DNA of 32,000 nt from Candidatus Harpocratesius repetitus (GTDB lineage Archaea > Asgardarchaeota > Lokiarchaeia > Sigyniarchaeales > Promethearchaeaceae): positions 2,940,001 through 2,972,000 of the forward strand of contig JAIZWK010000001.1 of the NCBI GenBank assembly GCA_021498095.1, written 5' to 3'. Under the pieces are notes generated by a model. The model was not told where the DNA came from. It was given only the letters and a program-made list of their open reading frames with translations, and searched no databases. The position numbers and the translations under genes were made by a program. Shown here piece after piece: positions 29,101-32,000 of this stretch; positions within the stretch are counted from its first letter, which is position 1; every line of letters begins with the position of its first letter.

Positions 29101-30271
29101 TTTCGATATACATCGTTTTATTTGAGTAAATTCCATAAATTACGATAGAATATTTACTATTTGCATCATAACCATAATCAGGTGCTATGATTTCTGTTTT
29201 TCCATCATGATCCATATCCCATGCATAAATATCATAATGAGTACTACCGTATGTGGTATTTAATCCTTCAAAATAATAACGTGTGTTCCAAATAGATTGC
29301 CACTGACCTGTTTCGCTGTTATAATCAACAAATTTAAAATCATCATTTATATCATTCATTACTAATTCTACATTGCCATCACCATCAAAATCACCTGCTG
29401 CCATATCAAAAAAGTTCTGCAAATAATCATATTGGCGTGGTTCTCCCATGGTTAAAGAGAGATCTTCATCCCAAATGGTTAATTCACCATATCCAATATC
29501 TGCGCTTTTTCGATAACTACCATAGGCTAAATGATAATTCCCATCACTCACTGGGTCAGAATACCAATTGTAGTTAGTTTTCCAAGTTAAAGCTGAGTCA
29601 AGAGAATCTTTCGGACCATTTGATACAATATCAAAATAAACCATCAAGGTTACATTAGTATTTGCTTCCATCATTCCAGGAATTTCAATCCATAATCGAC
29701 CAGTTGCATTATTCAAAGCATTGAAAACATTTTCTGTGGGAATGAATAACGATTTTAAAAGATACTGTTTCGAATCAGAGTAACTTGAGTTTGCAACAAT
29801 CATAGAACCTGAAGCATCATATTGAATCACTCTGATGGAATTTTCATCAAATTCCTCCGATGATAAACTTAAATCGCTTAAAATCGAAGTAAAATTAAGA
29901 TATAAATTAATTGAATAGTTTGTTCTATTATAGAAGGATGAATTTACTTCTATAGGAAAACGATATGTCCAATCAGTGCTCCACCATTCATAATCTAATC
30001 CAGAATCGTAATTTGCAGAACTTGCAGGATTAAATTGGGGTGCTTGGATATCATTTATCGGCGAAAATTCTGATTCATCTGAAAATGTATCTCCATTGAA
30101 ATAAGTCAAAGGAGAACTCTGAGATGACTCAGAATTAGAAGAAATTGCGATATTCACATTCCAAGTTGATAAAGAAAGTAGAAATATCACAATTATACCC
30201 GAAATATAACGAGAGTTCTTAGAATTCATATGAAAACCACTTATCATTGAACTTTTGATTAAATGAATCAC
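23186..30271 (-). CDS. Giant secreted, membrane-anchored surface protein: signal peptide, DUF2341-like domain, FG-GAP/VCBS beta-propeller, carboxypeptidase-regulatory-like domains, about 11 Ig-like repeats, TM helix, about 85-aa cytoplasmic tail
   Basis: Six DxDxDG-type motifs (GDFDGDG, DMDHDG, DLNNDG, DIDFDG, DWDNDG, DPDNDG); about 100-aa repeats with W.E.FT...Y.D and G.Y..I.A.K..Y; many NxS/T sequons; TM IFVYIGGSVALIAIAIVGS. Start may be ATG 30229. Confidence 0.88.
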   Translation of the reverse strand: MIHLIKSSMISGFHMNSKNSRYISGIIVIFLLSLSTWNVNIAISSNSESSQSSPLTYFNGDTFSDESEFSPINDIQAPQFNPASSANYDSGLDYEWWSTDWTYRFPIEVNSSFYNRTNYSINLYLNFTSILSDLSLSSEEFDENSIRVIQYDASGSMIVANSSYSDSKQYLLKSLFIPTENVFNALNNATGRLWIEIPGMMEANTNVTLMVYFDIVSNGPKDSLDSALTWKTNYNWYSDPVSDGNYHLAYGSYRKSADIGYGELTIWDEDLSLTMGEPRQYDYLQNFFDMAAGDFDGDGNVELVMNDINDDFKFVDYNSETGQWQSIWNTRYYFEGLNTTYGSTHYDIYAWDMDHDGKTEIIAPDYGYDANSKYSIVIYGIYSNKTMYIENRLILPYRIMHASLVDLNNDGWMDIVVGNYAGNYGFGYFLYNTTTSSYDWYGYTSNNTDRHIPRYVYSIIAEDIDFDGKIEVLLGGNYYGYIHLWEWNGTALDWKANFITNTPNGIVSDVADWDNDGNMEVLMGNSENTNSTTIRVYEVEGDNSINLGQIEWYKEDVLYSRITFPRFGDPDNDGMMEIIANCYSGPDTSTYYDGRISVWEQSDMTNPEWQSPEEGYYIGNYYVYSSQMTNIFGAYDSRILAAAPEISTYSSQIKPPDLTIQVYDVDKYPISNLGVILDNKNGPGDYSEILISSSDGTAQFADLDFSTYNLNVSIQNQFGNHSIFSGTVTINNTRETFIIDSDLWQIHFKVHDVDNNPVSLGNLTLYEGTWGDTSNLAEYNLDGSGEATAIWLNRNPGNEYNFSIDYQNTNYNPSITPILNSSLDQQALTEATHDLNASVPTDLTGGDYEYQWFIYANGTTGTSINQIGDQSINWWNISLSNISSYISRVDVYGLDNQGGFNLLKTYTEDFTGNNVKDWSEEYYLWNYVKPIYGLNIKIRTHNDSNIVQYGQIYMELQETYVKDVEIPIAQQKITVVDPDGVNIEGAMVEIVQNGVSLVNLTSDELGVAQDSFGFNFWYKLKDGSPSQGNYTAYVYYGGSQKTFKNASDTGSFVDSYNFTLAGYNEVTFNVSIYPDDYQTYLTNITAIPTNFDFSSTLSFDINVSVSYKTNPATLFNADSVGVRLENVETLQEVYYNASVTRISTGIYRIQINPEKDGISVDEASNVFQLSVWASTTGYGGDPTPLVKTITINPIATTAAVYTESSLIGSTLEVYYGTQVSVTLVYQANSADVGSATATIDWDYDSNQAMSEVSGGGYTNYTFSINTSKVASLGQYQINFDVSHVNYSSQTLSFDLIIKEINTSINSADYIDPIELYWEENFTFTINYTDVVNNYAISGADVYYYIFGDPTFTPHPLTETATPGIYSITLNSTDFGQAGEYNFQILAEKEFYKTSQVWITVDISIVPTEFTTPESNIAITWGESFTISTTFMDIRGAAVAITDGNVSVDFTGPNGYENHTQLSHTGNGDYNITYSAENHTFPEAGTYTFVVTATKNQYETQVLTISVDIAIVQTSLTPDATTIDIYWGELFTLGVTYEDVSDSQNPIPISTDASVSYSVSGMDSLVGTLDFQSNGYYSKDFSSTMFGTTGSYTIQIEASKSEYETQRISIIVNVKQITTRLTPESTLISVAWENDYILNCTFEDTHGASTVPITDGTITYTVIGPNGYTSSGFLTHLSDGVYLKSFNPSEDLPEKGTYVYNIIAQKNHYLTRNLTITVEVATIPTSLTAVDESIVVQLGNSFTLALLYQNNETGTPIPITSDATVSYEVTGPNGFSDTGVISHTGSGWYNITLNADDFGQGTFTFLVTATKNQYETKQLSIIVDIGLIPTQLNASNEEITLYWTQNIILQVQYMNVTNLNNPVAINNASVTYTLTDDSSFTGNLIGQGSGIYLIEFSSTLLEQTGTYTFIISASKSTYGAREVLITVNVLTVTTNMTSDYSVDYSLTWNENFTISILYEDLVNDIPITNALITYSVGQIADFTGDLIHTGSGHYEITFNSTQFLGVGTYTIHIQAAKSQYTTQTLSIYVDINRIETTINNSIFLQNTLKINVTTEHLFMITYEDAIGNGIENADLAYYEWEVSGETQIGQLQELGNGIYLLDFDTANRSIGTYLLIIHMGKANYLERAGSITIQIEPKPVKLAVPSELQDNVVSQPQGEDIIIQLTLTDPVNNNQPLTNATVTMNYRGKTYSFEEKQPGVYEYIIKTDTDEYNALISAITDSATIYIQKANYSINPYTITISITPPEYVIAGTHIPKIFVYIGGSVALIAIAIVGSTKYIRYLRIPETIKKIDQTMKEISKNATISDDPIMRSYHELLADKYGNAWKFLDLDLEDILDLKGPKAVKMESKIGSEDQKQGGGF
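23193..23200 (-). promoter_or_regulatory. Shine-Dalgarno GGAGGAGG embedded in the last codons of the giant gene
   Basis: ...GGA GGA GGA TTT TAA ATG: the stop directly abuts the start of the 380-aa gene. Confidence 0.8.
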
Positions 30272-30483
30272 ATTATTTTGTTGTAAATAATTAAAGAAAA
30301 ATCAAGTTAAGTAAACCTATAAACATTTGCTGACAATTTAATTGATAATACTATTTTTGAAAAGAAGAAACCATAAAATTTATTAATTTAATTATGAAAT
30401 CCAGATAATTGCACGATATTTTTAACATAACTATTTAAAATTAGATAAAAGAACAAAAAAATCTTGATAGAATTTTGGAAATT

Positions 30484-31146
30484 TTAAAAAATAATACTTT
30501 GAATTACATAAAGTATATTTAAGTAGAAAATTTTTGTAACCCACCAAAAGATAATTAATTCAATATAAGCTTCAATTATGCCCATTATTGTATCAGATAC
30601 AAAATGACACCCCAGCATTATTCGAGAAATGGCAATTAATAAATTCAAAATAAAAAATAAAGGAATACTCCAAAAAGGCAACCAAATTAACGCAATTAAC
30701 CCATATAAAATTGTAGAATGATGACAATGACCAGATGGAAAACTATAACCATGTCCTGTACTATCTAAGCGAATAATTGTCTCATTTTGCTTGAAAGGAC
30801 GGTGTCTTTTAATCAAATTTTTAATTATATAATAAATCACGAAAGATTGAAAAAATCCGGTGAAAAAAAGAGTAATATAAGTTAAATCCTTAATATATAA
30901 TCCATAAACACCAAAAAAAAGAAAAACAAAAAGCCAAATTCTTGGATCTCCCAAAAAGGACAGAATTTGCCAAATCCAACGAATTTTTTGTAAATTTGAA
31001 TTATGATATAAAAACTCTGTAAGTTTTTTATCTTTACTATCAAAAATAGGAAACATTTGAGCTATAAAGTCTGATTCTTGATTTCTATTCTGAAATAAAG
31101 CAGAATTATTTTTTTCATCTATTGAATTACTTTGTTGTTGAGTCAT
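30484..31146 (-). CDS. PAP2-family membrane phosphatase (lipid/isoprenyl-phosphate phosphatase-like)
   Basis: KNLIKRHRP, YSFPSGH, SRIMLGCHFVSD. Confidence 0.92.
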   Translation of the reverse strand: MTQQQSNSIDEKNNSALFQNRNQESDFIAQMFPIFDSKDKKLTEFLYHNSNLQKIRWIWQILSFLGDPRIWLFVFLFFGVYGLYIKDLTYITLFFTGFFQSFVIYYIIKNLIKRHRPFKQNETIIRLDSTGHGYSFPSGHCHHSTILYGLIALIWLPFWSIPLFFILNLLIAISRIMLGCHFVSDTIMGIIEAYIELIIFWWVTKIFYLNILYVIQSIIF

Positions 31147-31999
31147 TTTTTTTCTCCTGTCTTTTTTGGAGTTTTAAAGCCATAGTATGAAGCTTCATAA
31201 TTTCAAAAGGAACACGTAAACAGAATCGAACATGAAATCCTGAATAAGTCTGTCTGCGATAAAAATTAAATAAACTCATATAATGTTTTGAAAAACCATG
31301 AGAAGTAAAATAATTGCAGATTTCTGTAAGTTTGGCTGTTTTTTGAAATAAATAAAAAAAAGAAGCCCGAAGTGCCCATTTATATGCTTCTAAAATATAT
31401 TTATTAAATTTCCGATCAAAAGGGATAATCAATATGGCTCCATAAGCTAAAAAAAGTGTCATTAAAAGAGATTTTAGAATTTGTAGATATGAATATGGAG
31501 TTTCATCCATTGATAGATCTAATTGTCCATATAACACAGTTGCACCTTTTTTCAGCGAATCAAGAACAATCTTATCTGGGGCTAAAAACCTTGAAATAGT
31601 TCGATTTACCGAAAGTATTCTTGCAAACTTATCATTCTGCCAATCATCTTCCCTACAAATGAAATGAGAGCAAAACATTCCTGTTTTTCGCTCTACTACG
31701 CGAAGAATTCTCTCAATTAAGTTTTTTGGATATGAAAGATAATTATGTTTGATTTCTATGGTTTGTAAAATATGATGAATTTTTCTTATCTTTCTAAAGG
31801 AGACTTTATTTGAAACAACTAATAATAAATCAACGTCAGAATTATTCGTGATTGTCCCATAAGAAAGAGAACCAAATAAAACAATTGATTTTATTGAATC
31901 TTTACCAAGATAATGTGAAACTGTAGAAACTACTTCAAAAATATATTTTTGTGCATCCTTTGGTAACTTTAAGATTTTATTATTTTTAGATAAAAGATT
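31127..31999 (-). CDS. Pol-beta-like nucleotidyltransferase with helical C-terminal domain, 5' end outside the window
   Basis: The frame is open upstream of the listed ATG 31678 to the window edge and reads SIVLFGSLSYGTITNNSDVDLLLVV (GS...DxD). Overlaps the PAP2 gene by 20 bp. Confidence 0.82.
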   Translation of the reverse strand, partial: NLLSKNNKILKLPKDAQKYIFEVVSTVSHYLGKDSIKSIVLFGSLSYGTITNNSDVDLLLVVSNKVSFRKIRKIHHILQTIEIKHNYLSYPKNLIERILRVVERKTGMFCSHFICREDDWQNDKFARILSVNRTISRFLAPDKIVLDSLKKGATVLYGQLDLSMDETPYSYLQILKSLLMTLFLAYGAILIIPFDRKFNKYILEAYKWALRASFFYLFQKTAKLTEICNYFTSHGFSKHYMSLFNFYRRQTYSGFHVRFCLRVPFEIMKLHTMALKLQKRQEKKNDSTTK

Positions 32000-32000
32000 G

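Overview
AT-rich archaeal window, most likely from an Asgard archaeon (Lokiarchaeia-like). This is an inference from two longin/uDENN-type proteins, archaeal aIF1/SUI1, a CxxC protein and an FG-GAP/Ig surface protein of kinds I associate with Lokiarchaeia, and TATA/BRE promoters. About 22 CDS; no rRNA, tRNA, CRISPR array or mobile element was seen. Blocks in order: (i) 3' part of glnA, an HhH-MutS ATPase and a small Zn-binding coiled-coil protein; (ii) an AAA+ ATPase, an iron-sulfur flavoprotein and a divergent HxlR regulator; (iii) a minus-strand arginine catabolic cluster lacking arginine deiminase: ArcE-like arginine synthetase, a Giardia-type OTC, carbamate kinase and ornithine aminotransferase. 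It is preceded by a GC-rich non-coding element with a 6-codon uORF (MNTLRR), a chain of mutually exclusive helices and a pseudoknot; (iv) aIF1 with an apparent UUG start, an RsmB/NOP2 m5C methyltransferase, an MFS transporter and a membrane zinc-ribbon protein; (v) serine racemase/dehydratase, nitrilase and GH36 alpha-galactosidase; (vi) a 2361-aa FG-GAP/Ig surface protein translationally coupled to a uDENN/longin-winged-helix protein, followed by a stand-alone longin; (vii) a nucleotidyltransferase overlapping a PAP2 phosphatase. Best candidates for an undescribed system: the attenuator/riboswitch-like leader of the arginine cluster, and the adhesin-uDENN-longin module. All protein calls come from motifs recognised by eye; no database search was run.
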